Source: Guillardia theta CCMP2712
Taxonomy: Eukaryota; Protista; Cryptophyta
Reading direction: 5' to 3'
Length of the DNA stretch: 60,343 nt
Assembly: GCF_000315625.1 (NCBI RefSeq)
Contig: NW_005434643.1
Location: 627,202 to 687,544, forward strand
Shown piece by piece: positions 11,992 through 23,978 of the stretch (the first letter of the stretch is position 1; every line of letters starts with the position of its first letter). The position numbers and the translations under genes are program-made. The notes under the pieces were generated by a model that saw nothing but the letters and a program-made list of their open reading frames with translations, was not told the DNA's origin and did not search any database.

Positions 11992-14900
11992 AAGCAGGAG
12001 CAGAAGCAGGAGCAGAAGCAGGAGCAGGAGACACACCATGATGGCCTTCTTGAAGTACATGGGAGCGTTCGAAGATTTGTCTCGGACGAGAGGAACGCAT
12101 TCGACAGAAGCATGGCTGCTAGCGAGTGAGAGGAGCGAGGGGAGAGAGGAGGCAGGGTGAAACAGCGCATGGCGGGTTAGAGTGCGATCACGGAAAGAGC
12201 AGAAGGAGGAAGAAGTGCAGGAGGAAGTAGAGGAGGAGAGAGGAGAGAGGAGGGGCTGGGGGAGGCGAGAAGGGACAGAGGTCGAGGATGGTGAAGCAGG
12301 GAAGTGATTTATACGGCATGCGGTCGAGGGAGATAGCTGTTTCGAAAAAGATGCAGTCCTGGAAAAACACGATGAGCAGAAAGCAAGAGGAAGAGGAGGA
12401 GAAGGTCCAGGAGGAGGAGAAGGAGAAGGAGAAGCATGCGGAATGAGCAGGAGCATGAGCAGGAGAACGAGGATGAGCAGCAGCAGCATGAAGGGTGAAG
12501 GATGATCGACCATGTCCATCTGGTGGAAGGTTTGCAGCAAACACTTCTTGAAGTTTCGGATCTGAAGAGTGTCAGAAGGAGCCAGGGAAGTAAACAAGAG
12601 AAGTGAACACGAGAAGTGAACAAGAGAAGTGAACAAGCGAGCAGGAAAGTGAACAAGTGAGCAACCTCGTCCAGAGTGTCTTCGTCGCACTGAATTCAAG
12701 TATGTCACACGGTGAGAACGAGATGGAGAGCGGGGGTGAGGGGGAGGAAGAGGAAGAGGAAACGAGGAGGAAGATACGATGAAGAGGAAGAGGAAACGCG
12801 GAGGAAGATACGAGGAGGAGGAAGAGGAAACGAGGAGGAAGATACAAGGAGGAGGAAGAGGAAACGAGGAGGAAGATACGAGGAGGAGGAAGAGGAAACG
12901 AGGAGGAAGATAGGAGGAGGAGGAGGAATGGTGTTGATGTATTGTATGCCACCTGTAGTGTCGATGGCACCGACTGTTGAGGGACGATGAGACAATGACC
13001 GTCAGTCAGTCGCCCTGCGATGATCGTGAGGAGGAGAGAAAGAGAAGACAAAGGGAAGGGCAGGAGGCAGGGCAGGAGAGGAAGGGAGGGAGGGAGGGAG
13101 GGAGGAGGCAAAGGGTCAACGGGAGGGGATCATGGAGGGAGAGGAGGCAGACAGAAGGAAGACCATTGGGCTTGAGCATGAGGTATGTGCGAGTGGCAAC
13201 GGCGAGGAGGAGATGCTTGGGAAAGCGAGAGTTGTCCAGGTCAAGTCGATCTTGTTGTGAACAGCCTGCAACCAGTCAGCCGAGACACTCCTCGGCGTCC
13301 TTCCCTTCCAAATCTCTGCTCCTCTTCCTCCTCCTCCTCCTCCTCCTCCTCCTCCTCCTCCTCGTTTTCCTCCTCCTTGCCCCTACTCTTTCCTCCCGAA
13401 CGTTCTGGGNNNNNNNNNNNNNNNNNNNNNNNNNNNNNNNNNNNNNNNNNNNNNNNNNNNNNNNNNNNNNNNNNNNNNNNNNNNNNNNNNNNNNNNNNNN
13501 NNNNNNNNNCCTCCTCCTCCTCCTCCTCCTCCTCTTTCTGCATCCACAATGGCGTCAACTTCTCCTCTCTCCTTTCTGCGGATTTATCGCTTCTTTTATC
13601 AATCACCACCAGCAAATGCTTCCTTACGCAACCAGTCACTCTTCTCTCCCTTCCCTCTCCCCTCTCCTCCTCTTGCTCCTCCCTCTTTTCCTTTTCCTCC
13701 CCATCTCTTCTCCTTCTCCTCACCTGATCGACCGTCATATCGTCGTCAGCAAAGTATTTTTCTCGCTGCCCTTTCCCCAGGTCAGTCTGCCAGCACATTC
13801 TCAGCTCATCTCCAGCTATTCCCCAGCTCTGAGGTGAGAACCTTAGCCTCGAAGTGAATCTTGCGGTCTCTTGTTGCCTTTTCTTGGTCGCTCATCTGCT
13901 CTCCGATCATCATCTCCTCCTCCTCCTCCTCCTCCTCTCCATCTCCTCCTTCCTTTCTCATCCCTTTCGTTCGTCTCTCCCTCCTCCTACTCCCTCCCCG
14001 GACTTTCTCATCCTCCTCGCATCTCTTGCCTTTGAGACGTAGTTGAGCGACAGCGGTCTTCCTCTCGCATCGAACTTTTGCAGCATGACAACTTCCTTCT
14101 CTCCTCCTTTAGATGAGCCGCTCCTCCCTGCTGACCTCGGTTCTCCTCCTCCTCCTCCTCCTCCTCCTCCTCCTCCTCTTCCTCCTCCTCCTCCTCCCCT
14201 CCCCTCCTCGCATCCTGTCGATAGCAGCTATCTGTGTCATCAGCTCCTCGTACTTCTTGTTGTCTCCCCGCAGCTGCGCCTGTGAAGTAATTCAGCAAAC
14301 GAGGAAGAGAGTCGAGCAGACGCCTACATACACCTCATGCACCTCCTCACCCTCTTCTTCGCTCCCTCCCCTCCTCTCCCTCCCTCCCTCCCTACCTCCC
14401 TCCCTCCCTCCCTCCCTCCATCTCCCCTTCTCTCCCCCTCTTCCCCTCTCTCCCTCCCTCACCTCCCTCTCTCTCCGTCGCTGCTTCACCTTGAGTGCTT
14501 GAGCTTCCAGCTTGTTTCTGTCGAGCCCCTTGAGGAACTCAATATCGAAACTCGGCTGAAAGGTGCGTGAGAATACAAAATGAAAGCTCTCCTCCCCCCT
14601 CCCCGTCCTTCCTTCCTGCCTGCCTCCTGCCTCCTGCCTCCTGCCTCCTGCCTCCTGCCTCCTGCCTCCTGCCTCCTGCCTCCTGCCTCCTGCCTCCTGC
14701 CTCCTGCCTCCCCCTGCTGTTCCCTCCTCCCGCTTTGATACCTCCTGGCTTGCAGTGCTACTCTCTTCTCTTGCAGGCGTCGGTTCAAGTTGGGCTGATG
14801 GTTCTGACAGCGACATCTGGCATGGCAGGCATGAGATCGGCATGCAGGCAGCACAGAAGCAAGACAGCAAACCCACCTCCACATCTCCCGCCGCCTCCTC

Positions 14901-17172
14901 TCCTCCTCCCTGTTTCTTCTCTGCTGCTTTGGGTACTTCCCGGTCATTGGCGGCGGTTGAAGGAAGAGATTGGTCTTCGGCACGAGCTGCTGCTGCTGCT
15001 CCTCCCCCTCCTCCTTCTACTCCTCCTCCTCCTTCTACTCCTTTCTCGTCTCTAGCGTTACGGACAATCTCGCTCGAAGTTCGCTTCTTGTCTTCCTTCT
15101 CTTCAGTTTCTTTCCTCCCGCCTTTCTTGGAAGATAAATCCTCGGCGTCCTTCTCATGAAACAAACTCTGCGAGCGCAATCACGACAATCAAGCACATCA
15201 ATCAACACTTACGTCTCGCTTCTTTCCGCATCGGTAACAATGAGTCTTGGAGGCGAAGACAGAAGCACTGGATCTCCTATCAGCATCTCCTTCCTCCTGC
15301 TTCTCTTTCCCTCTACACCTCTACCTCTATTCCCTCCTCCCCTCTCCTTCCCAGTACTTCTCCCCTCCCTTGCTCTCCCCTCTCTCTTTTCTTTTCGACT
15401 TACTTGCACAGGGGACAAGTCCAGTCTCCAGGCCTACTCCGATCCTCCTGGTCCCGCCTGTCCTCCCGGTCCCTCCGATCCTCCCGGTCCCTCCGATCCT
15501 CCCGGTCCCTCCTGTCCTCCCGGTCCCTCCTGTCCTCCCGGTCCCTCCGATCCTCCCGGTCCCTTCGCTCACGTGCATGTTCATCTTTGTCTTGGCGCTT
15601 GTCAGAACTCTCCGACTTCTTTTGTTGCGCCAGAAAAGTCTCAAGGAACGAGCCGTCATTGCGAAATTGATTGAAAGAATCCACTCCTGCCAACACAACA
15701 AACAGATTTACAAAGCTCGACAGATTTTGCCCATCGTATCAATAGAGAGTTAAAGAGATATAGTTGCAAACTCTCAACCTGTCAGCGATTTCTCCCCATC
15801 ACGATTCCAGATGTCATCTTGTTCCCTGCTCTGCTTCAGCGTATCCACAGAGAAGGAAAGGGAGGAGACGAATGACAAAGCAGTAGAGCACGAGCAGGCG
15901 TGTAAGAGGAGGGCAGGATAGAACCTTCTGCGATCATCGCGACGGCTCCTCCACCTCAAGCCGCTGTCGCCCTGCTGCAAGCCCACCATCACACCAGAAA
16001 GGTCCAGCACGCGACTCACTTCATCTGGTCTCTTCATCTTCTTTCTCGATCTCCCGCTCCCCACGTCATCAAGGTACGACCTGCCATCAGCTCTCACCCT
16101 GTCATGCCGACCATGCCGACCCGCCAATAACCTTCTCCCTGCATGCTCCTGTCGAGACGACGCTGCCGAGGACTCCGCCTGACACACGTGTCAACCTCGC
16201 TCTCACCTCACACAGCCTCACATTCTGCAGCTCAGAGAGCGACTCTGCTCTGCTCTCCGCCAGCTCCTGCTCTCTGTCTGTCAGTACGAAATGCGGCAGC
16301 ATCCATCAGACAGGCCTGCAATGACTTGCCCTCTGCCTCCGCTCTCTCCCTTAGGCGCTTGAGCTGCTTCGCCTACCCCGCGCGTTACTGCTTCCTCCCT
16401 CTCGTCCAAGTCTCACCTTCCAGCTAAGACCACCATCTCCAACTTGCGGCTGACCAGAGGAAGCGGTTGGCCTCTGCGTTGCAGCACGAGGTCAAGAGAG
16501 GAAGAAGTCAGTTTCTGCTCTACCTCCTCCCTCCTCTCCTCCTCCTTGGAATCAGATGGCCTCGGGTTCCACAGCCCACCAGCCTGACGGCAAGCAAGTC
16601 AGTCCGACGGCCTCGAGACAGCGCGGGGGTCGCGTTACCTTAACCTGCCCGGTCTCAGGGTTGGTTTGCAGCAGCTGCAGGAACCCGGGCCTCTCTGCCC
16701 TCTCCACTTCGTCTCCTTCCTCCTTCTTGTCCTTGGAGGTCTTGCCTGAGGACGAGGAGAAGAGAAGAGCATCGAGCTCGGAATGGTCTTGGACCACCTC
16801 GGTCTTCGCAACCTGAGCTGCCTGTGCCGTTGCCCAAGAACCTCCCTCATCCTTCTTTCTGTCGTCATCCTCTCCATCGGATGAATCGGAGGAGGAGGAG
16901 GAAGAGGAAGAGGACTTGGTTTCCTTCTTCTTCTCTTTGGACTTCTTCTCATGCTTTGATTTCCGCTTCTTCTTGTCCTTCTTCTTGCCGGACTTCGACT
17001 TCTTTTTCTTTTCCTTCTTCTCCTTCTTAGAACTCTCCTTGCTCTTATGCTTTCCAGCCAGCTCCCTCTCCAGCTCAGCGATTTCGGATTCTTGGATCAG
17101 GTTCTGCTCTTGCAGCACAGCGTCCATGGCGCTCTTTGGGATCCAACCAGGAGCGAAATCGTCGTCGGCCAT
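11098..17172 (-). CDS. CWF19L2: CWF19-like protein 2 (CwfJ domains, spliceosome disassembly), multi-exon
   Basis: Exons LTDGHCLIVPQQ, IRNFKKCLLQTF, DCIFFETA, HASVECVP…APMYFKKAIM, ESQNRALIDT, PYFSVEFGLQ|GGFAHVVENERKFPKTFG; Lys/Ser-rich N-terminus from the ATG at 17172. Confidence 0.9.
13410..13509. other. Assembly gap (100 N)
   Basis: N run. Confidence 1.
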
Positions 17173-17650
17173 GGTGGTTCCACACCTAAAAAACATGTCG
17201 TTCAAAACGAGAGTTGTAATCATGAGGAACAAAGAAACAGAGAGCAGGTCAATTAGGGTAGTCAGACGGAATGAATTCGAAGAACTTCTCACAGCATCGA
17301 CAACATGCAGCAGGCAGGGTTAAGTACAAGCACCAGCCTAACTACAGGAAGAGAACATGTAGTTCTCTACTCAATGCTCCTCGCGTATCTATGAGCGCGC
17401 GCAAGCATGGAGGTGAGATAGCAGCAGAGCATGTCAAAGTCAGTCAGTCGATGTCTCTTCAATGTCGCTTTCTCTTCCTTCTCCTTCCTCGCACGCGCTT
17501 CCAACATCCGTCTGCATGCTGTGCTGCTGCCCAAGCAATTGGACTTGTTGGGTCGTCGCTGCCCTGCTTGACTTCAGTCTGAGGCAGACCCGCTGAGTGA
17601 GCGCCGGGTGACGGCAGTGGCTGATCCGGCGCCGCCCCTGAATTTAGGTT

Positions 17651-17982
17651 TTACTTAAAGTTAAGGGAAAGATCAGAACGAGGACAATCAGGCGGCCCCC
17701 CTTAGAGTACCTTCACGGCCCAAGTGGCCCCTGGCCCTGCCAGACTCGGCACTGCCAGACTCCGAAGTCACGGCCGTTGGGCTGAGTCATGCGGCAGTCA
17801 GCCTGGCTGAGTGCTGAGAGCCTGAAAAGACAGCGAGAACCAAACCCAATCCTGCCAAATGCTGTCCCGTTCAAGGCTTCCCCCACCATCATGATACACT
17901 CTGCTACCAAACCCAATCCTGTCAGGGTCAAGCCTCCTCGACTCTCCTGATTGTCCTCGTACTGATTTTTAACTTTGAGTAA
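17651..17982. mobile_element. Putative MITE-like element / inverted-repeat-bounded module (copy A)
   Basis: 17651-17692 (ttacttaaagttaagggaaagatcagaacgaggacaatcagg) is an imperfect inverted repeat of 17946-17982 (cctgattgtcctcgtactgatttttaactttgagtaa); internal module shared with copy B. Confidence 0.55.
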
Positions 17983-18230
17983 CTTGAAAGGCCTGCCAAC
18001 TGCTGTCCCCCACCTAGTCAGTACCTGGGCCAAGGCTTCCGGCCCGGCTCGGAACCCGGTGACTCGCCGGAACTCGGGAGTCCCGGGCCACGGCCCGGCC
18101 GGCCCCGACTCTCATGATCCCGGACCGTCGCAGGCTCGGGCCGGATCCGAGAAAGCGGCCCGGGCCGACTGATCGGACTTCGTGAAGACAACCGGAAACT
18201 ATTAATTGCCCCTGCAATTCCCTCTGCGCC

Positions 18231-19218
18231 ATGCTCGCATTCGGCTGTCCGGCACGCGTCATGTACACGCCGATGAGCCTGGCGACACCCATGGCGACAC
18301 CCATGGCGACGCCATGGAGAACTAGGTGAGAGCATGAGAGACTGCCAGACCTTCTGTTGCCTCCCTCGCGGCAAGCTTCTATATTCTCTCCTCTTTCCTC
18401 CTTCCCTTACGACCTCCTCTTCCAGTCATCGCGACCTCTTGACTCCTTCCTACCAGCCATATCCGATCAAGGACCTTGCCACTCTCAATGAACTCAACGC
18501 CCGACAAGAGCATGCAGAAGATGAGAGGAAGGTTCAACAGGTTCTGTGTGCTCCTTCCAGACACGACCTGACGGGATAATTGAAGGATCCGTCAATCCAG
18601 TTGGCTGTCGTGGTGGGCGCAAGTGATCTTGAGGTGAGGATGATGTGAGAGGAGGAGGGGAGGAGCAATGATTGTTTCCCCAGCGTCATCTCCGCCATCA
18701 CGCTCTTCTTCGCCAACGCCGTGCGAGGGCCGATGCAGGGCAACATCCTGGCGAACGGAGTCTTCATGGCGGGGCTGGGGCTGGCGCTCAGCTTCATCAA
18801 CGTGATCTGGACGACAGGATATCAGAGGATCGCAGCGAAGCAGCTTGAGACCCCCGAGGCCGCCATGTCCTTCAGGAGCTTCTCGAGGACAGTGAGGGTT
18901 GGGGTCATCGTGGCGCTGACGGGCATGTTTCTCACGCTGCTGGGAGCTGAGCAGATCGTCGGCACCCTGGTGGCCAAGTCGATTTCAGGATCCATCCTGA
19001 TTGCCAACGGAGGAGGGATAGCGGCACAGACTGCCTCGCTGCAGCTACAGGTCTGCTCCTTCATCGACCCCCGTCAGCTCGGTTTCAGGACTGAGTGTTG
19101 TTGGCAGGCTCTGGACATCTTTGTTGTGCAGGCGAACACCAACACGCTACTGAGCCACCTGTCAAGTCTCGTCAACTCTCTCTTCATCGCATCTCAGATC
19201 CCTCACAAAGACGAGTGA
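18231..19218 (+). CDS. DUF3611 family membrane protein, probably plastid-targeted, spliced
   Basis: Spliced SWLSWWAQVILSVISAITLFFA, GMFLTLLGAEQIVGTLVAK and ALDIFVVQANTNTLLSH match DUF3611. Confidence 0.85.
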
Positions 19219-19489
19219 AGTGATCCTTGTATGCTCGGCTGAACCTGGTTGATTGCAATTGTTTCTCCGCTGTCGAGCATTCCTTCGACCCTTCGAAAAG
19301 AAGTGGAACGGCAAAACAATGTGCAAGGATGATGAGAGCTGACAATCAGCTCACTTCAATCGCGATGTCTCATGGTCTCATGTGCAATGACGCATAGTTT
19401 AGTCTTCAACGCTTCACGTCTCTTCATATGAACATGTTCAACACATCACAGCATTTACAACATCAAGACTTCTCCTATCATATCTCGAT

Positions 19490-22400
19490 CTATTCCATCC
19501 GAAATCGTGGAGTCTCCACCTGCATTGAGACAAGGCACCTCAGTAGCCACTTCCCTGCCTCCTCCCCCTGGTCCATCCCCTCCTCCTCCTCCTCCTCCTC
19601 CTCCTCCTCCTCCTCCTCTTCTGCTTCATCTTCCACATGCCCCTCCTGGCACATGCTCACCGTTGATAAGAGGTCTGCTGCCACCGGCTCCTTCCATGGC
19701 AGCCCCAGCACCGTCTCCACCTACCAAGCACCTAAGAGGCTGCAGAGGAAGGTTGCCGGGCATTGAAGTCTGAGAGCGGAAGGACGAACTATGGAAGCCA
19801 GGAGGTACGGTAGGGAAGGAGACACATAGAGGGGGGCAGGGAGGCCGGCAGGGAGAGGGGGGAGGGAGAGCACGATGCATCATTCGCACCTGTCGATCTA
19901 CTCGACGCAGTTCAGCTGTGGTCAGGTTGTTCACCCCCCGCAGGTCAAGGTGCCGCAAACTCGAGCAGAACCGCAAGATGGCCTGCCAAGAGTCAGCTGG
20001 AAGAGGCCAGCTGGGAGCGGGAAGGGGTCGGGGGGTACCTTGAGCCCCCGGTCTGTGATGCGCTTGCAGTAGGAGATGTCAAGGTACACCAGCTGCCTGC
20101 AGCTACTCCCAGGTCAACCCCAGCAGGGGTCAAGCAGACCGCAGATGTCTCACCCCTTGGCGATGGCGATGATTCCCTCCTGCAGCCCCCTGGGTCAGCC
20201 GCTGCCTCTGTCTCGTGTCCTCTCTTCACCTCACTAATCTCGTGGCAGTGCGAGAGCGAGAGCAGCTCGAGCCTTCCGAGGGACCTGGGGGCTGTCGCGT
20301 CAGACCAGCGTCGGCAGGAGCGAGCAGGGCGACCGGGCGATGGACAGGACGCCTTCGTCCGTTACGAACTCGCAGAAGCTCAGGTCTAACCTCTGCAGGC
20401 ACACCCTGTCAAACTGACAACCTACCTCGCCTCCAGCTCACCTCCAGCTTCTTGCAGTTGGCCAAGTCCTCGACCCCGATGTCAGTGACGTGGCTCGAGC
20501 CCCTCAGGGAGAGGGTCAGCAGCTCTGGGCAGGCCTCGCCGATGTGGAAGCAGACCTTGTCGTCCACCACCGTGCAGTCACTAAAGTCCAGGTGGAGGAG
20601 GCGAGGTGATCGCCCAAGGAGGCTGGCAATGGTCGAGGGCTCCATGGGGGATCCTCTCCTGGGGTCCAACGGCAGTCGCTTGACCATCTCGGGGAAGCGG
20701 ATGGAGGAGCGATGGTGGGAGACGAGGTTCCACAGGCGGCTGCTCACCATGGCGAGGCGAAACCAGTAGGGGCGCTCATGGAGGAACATGAGGCAGCGGA
20801 GGAGGAGGAGGTCGGTCAGGGGCCCCGCAGGGCAGGCGCTGTCAAGGCCGAGCCAGTTGTTGGAAGCAGAGTACTTGTTGAACTCAGCCAGGCACTCGTC
20901 GGAGCAGAAGCGTAGTACGCCTCTCGACTTGGTCCTGTGGTACTGATCCGGCCGAGTCTCCTGCCTCCCGCACTTCTGGTTGCAGCAGAAGCGCAGGCGA
21001 GGGTGGAGGTACCGAGCCTCGACGGGGAGGGAGAAGCGCGAGCGAACCTTGTCCAGGCTGACCTTGAGGCGGCTCATGCTGGTGACGTCTGGGCGTCCTT
21101 CCATCTCGAGGTGGAGCATGAGCTTGATGCAAGCTTCGAGGGCCTTGCTGGCCTTGCTCGTCTCCTTGGGCTCGATGTTGGTGTACGCCTCCGCCAGGCT
21201 CTCGAGCGTGAAGACCCGGTCAGCGATCCTCTTCTCGCTCCCTGGGAACCTCTCCGTGATCCTGTCGTACCTCTCCAGCAGCAAGATCGCCTCCTGCATC
21301 CGCCCCAACCTCACCAGCAGGCAGCCATACACCCGAAGTGCCGGGACGAGCTGGGGAGAGTCCAGCCCGACCAGCTGCTCCAGCATCTTGAGCCCCTGCT
21401 GAGCCAGCAGGAGAGCCGCGTCCCACTCCTGCTGCGTCGGGTTGGTCACGAAGTTGATCGACCTCGCCTGCTCGCAGTAGCTCAGCGCCACCTGTGTCGA
21501 CTTGGCCCCGTAGATCTTGGAGCTCAGCTCCCCGTACTCCATGAGGTCTTCCAGACCCTCCGAGATGTGGTTACACTCCAGCTGGATCTGAGCTCGGTCG
21601 CGAATCGCCCTCGAGTACTGGGGGGAGAAGGCGCGGAGGGGGGGGCGCTGCAGGTGGGAGATACACTTGCCCAACGCCTCTAGAGCCTCAACGTTCCTGC
21701 CCAACTTGAGCAGCCAGGTGATGTAGACCTTGTAGGTGGAGCCGACCTCGTGGGTATGGAGGGAGAGCAGTTCTCGGTGCGAGCAGGTGGCGGGAATGCC
21801 AGAGGATGTCTCCAACTCCATCAGCTCCTCCCAGTGAGCGAGCCCCTCCAACATCCTCCTCTCTGCCGTCGTCGTCCGATTCATCGCAGCGAAGGCTTCC
21901 CCCTGATGGAACACAGCCTGAGCGACCAGCTCCATGCTCTCGATCCGATCCAGCAGGTGAGCATCGCGTCTCCTCCAGTCCTTGCCCATCTGTCTTAGCT
22001 CCTCTCTCCAGTCCAGCACTACTTGCAGCTGATTCATCGCATCCTTGTAGCTCCTTCTGATCAGGAAGTACCGCGCAAGCTCCACATTAGTCTTGAGATG
22101 CTTGATGTTCTTCACGTGCCGCTTCTCCCCCAAGGGAGGATGGGGCCACAACATCTCAGCGGGGGTGTGCGACTCTCTGATCCTCTGAACCACCTGCTGC
22201 TCTATGTTGGCCGAATCAGCATTCCCCGTCCTGAGCGACGCCTCCAGCATCCTTTCAGCCACAGGGAGGAGCCGGATGTCATTGTATCCGTACGCCTTCT
22301 CCATCGCAGAGTAGATGCTCTGCCAGTGCTGCTTGACCTTGTCCATCCTCCCCCTCTGCTCCCAGATGCGAACCAGAGGAGCAGAATCCTCCAAAGTGAC

Positions 22401-22766
22401 CTTCTCTTTTCCTCCCCTCAGCTGCTCTATCAGTTCCATAGCTGACTCAAGGTAAGTTTGTACAGGGTTCGCTTCCCCCAGAAGCTCATGATGAAGAGCA
22501 AGCTCGTAGTAGCAGGTGAGTAGCATCTCGTTGTCTCGTGACTTCCTTGCAACGGCAAGCGATCGCTCGAGCGATTTCGTTGTTCTCTTTTCTCCATTGC
22601 TCTCCTCCTCCTTCTCCTTCAGCTTCGCTCTGACTCGGTCGACAACATGCAACTGCGACATGCCTCGTTGTTTTGAAGAGCTGCCATCCACTGCATGGTT
22701 CATACTTGAGGCCAACAATTGCTCTAGTTCACCAAGTGGTATCGAACGTGGGGAGCAATCGTACAC
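19490..22766 (-). CDS. TPR-repeat + MYND/TRASH-like Zn finger + F-box + LRR protein
   Basis: 785-aa exon with kinesin-light-chain-like TPR helices, CCNQKC…RFCSDEC, F-box LTDLLLLRCLMFL…LAMVSSRLWNLV, and LRRs (LLHLDFSDC, LLTLSLRGS); more LRR exons continue to ~19.5 kb. Confidence 0.8.
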
Positions 22767-23390
22767 TCATGACAACTCGTTTCTGGGTATTCATGTCACA
22801 GCTCTACTGGTAGCTGACTTTCCTCTTGCCATCTTCTTTCTGTGCATGCGTTCATTCTCATCCTCATCTTCTTTCTGTGCATGCGTTCATTCTCATCCTC
22901 ATCGTCTTTCTGTGCATGCCTTCATTCTCATCCCCAGCCCTCCGCTTCTCTGCCAGCGCAATGAACCTCTACAACGGCCAACATGAGAGCTTCCGAAGTT
23001 CATCCGGGCTGCCGGGGGCGGCCCGGCCGGGCGGGCCCGGCCCGGCGGGTGACAGCGGCGGCTGAGCCTCCGAGCGGCACCCGGCACACGGCGCGGCAGG
23101 TCCCAGCCGGGCCGGGGGCGCCGGGCGGCAGCTGCCGCGACTCGGGGCCTCATTGCCGCCGGAGGCCCGGCCCCGGGGCTGGGTCCGACGGCAGGCGCCG
23201 GACGCCGTACGGTCACTGTGACGAATCATTGGCAATGCCGGCGCGGCCACGCGGCGGTCCATGATTCAAGGCATGATATCATTTCACAGTCAAAGTACAG
23301 GAATCTTATAAAACTGCCACGGTTCAACTAAACCAGCCTCGGAACTTCAAACGAGCCTGAGAATCACCGTCACTGAGTTACTCTTTACTT

Positions 23391-23603
23391 TTACTCAAAG
23401 TTAAGTTAAAATCAGTACGAGGACAATCAGGAGAGTCGAGGAGGCTTGACCCTGACACTGTCGCACAGGCCAAACGGCGAGAAGAGAAAAGACAGCGAGA
23501 ACCAAACCTATTCCTGCCAACTGCTGTCCCCCAAACTTAACTCAGTCAGCGGCTGGCTGATTGCCATAGTACTGATTTTTAACTTAACTTTGACAGTGAG
23601 TAA
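23391..23603. mobile_element. Putative MITE-like element / inverted-repeat-bounded module (copy B)
   Basis: 23391-23430 is inverted relative to 23558-23603; 23391-23457 is a near-perfect reverse complement of 17920-17982; 23486-23532 matches 17824-17868. Confidence 0.6.
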
Positions 23604-23978
23604 TAAAAGGGGGAGAGGGGGAAGTCGGCGGCACGGACGCCTCGTCATCACACATGTACATGCCATGTCACGCCGCACCAGCGTGACTTCCGAGGGCTCA
23701 CATCGCAACGATACAAAATAAACCCTCTTGCACTGGACCCAGAACACAACGTTTGGAGGTCGCTGACACCGGGAGGATATGCTGGATACAGGATACACTC
23801 CCCAACGTTTGCTCCTTCCTGCCAGCCCGGAGCCTCCGCCCCCCTCTTTCTCTAGATATCCGTATCCTTGAACGCACAACCCGGACACACCCTCTGCCGC
23901 ATCTCCATCCTCTCATACCCTCCGTTCCTGTCAAGCTTCTCCCGCATATACCTGAGCCTCATTCCATCAGCACCTACC

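Noticed and set aside
22899-23264. Pro/Gly/Arg/Ala-rich ORFs in GC islands (also 322-588, 17975-18172, 55141-55479)
   Set aside because: A consequence of extreme GC content; no domain signal
17920-23457. A single 5.5-kb transposon bounded by the 63-bp inverted repeats
   Set aside because: Each arm has a nearer partner in its own island, and the enclosed genes are ordinary host genes with no transposase
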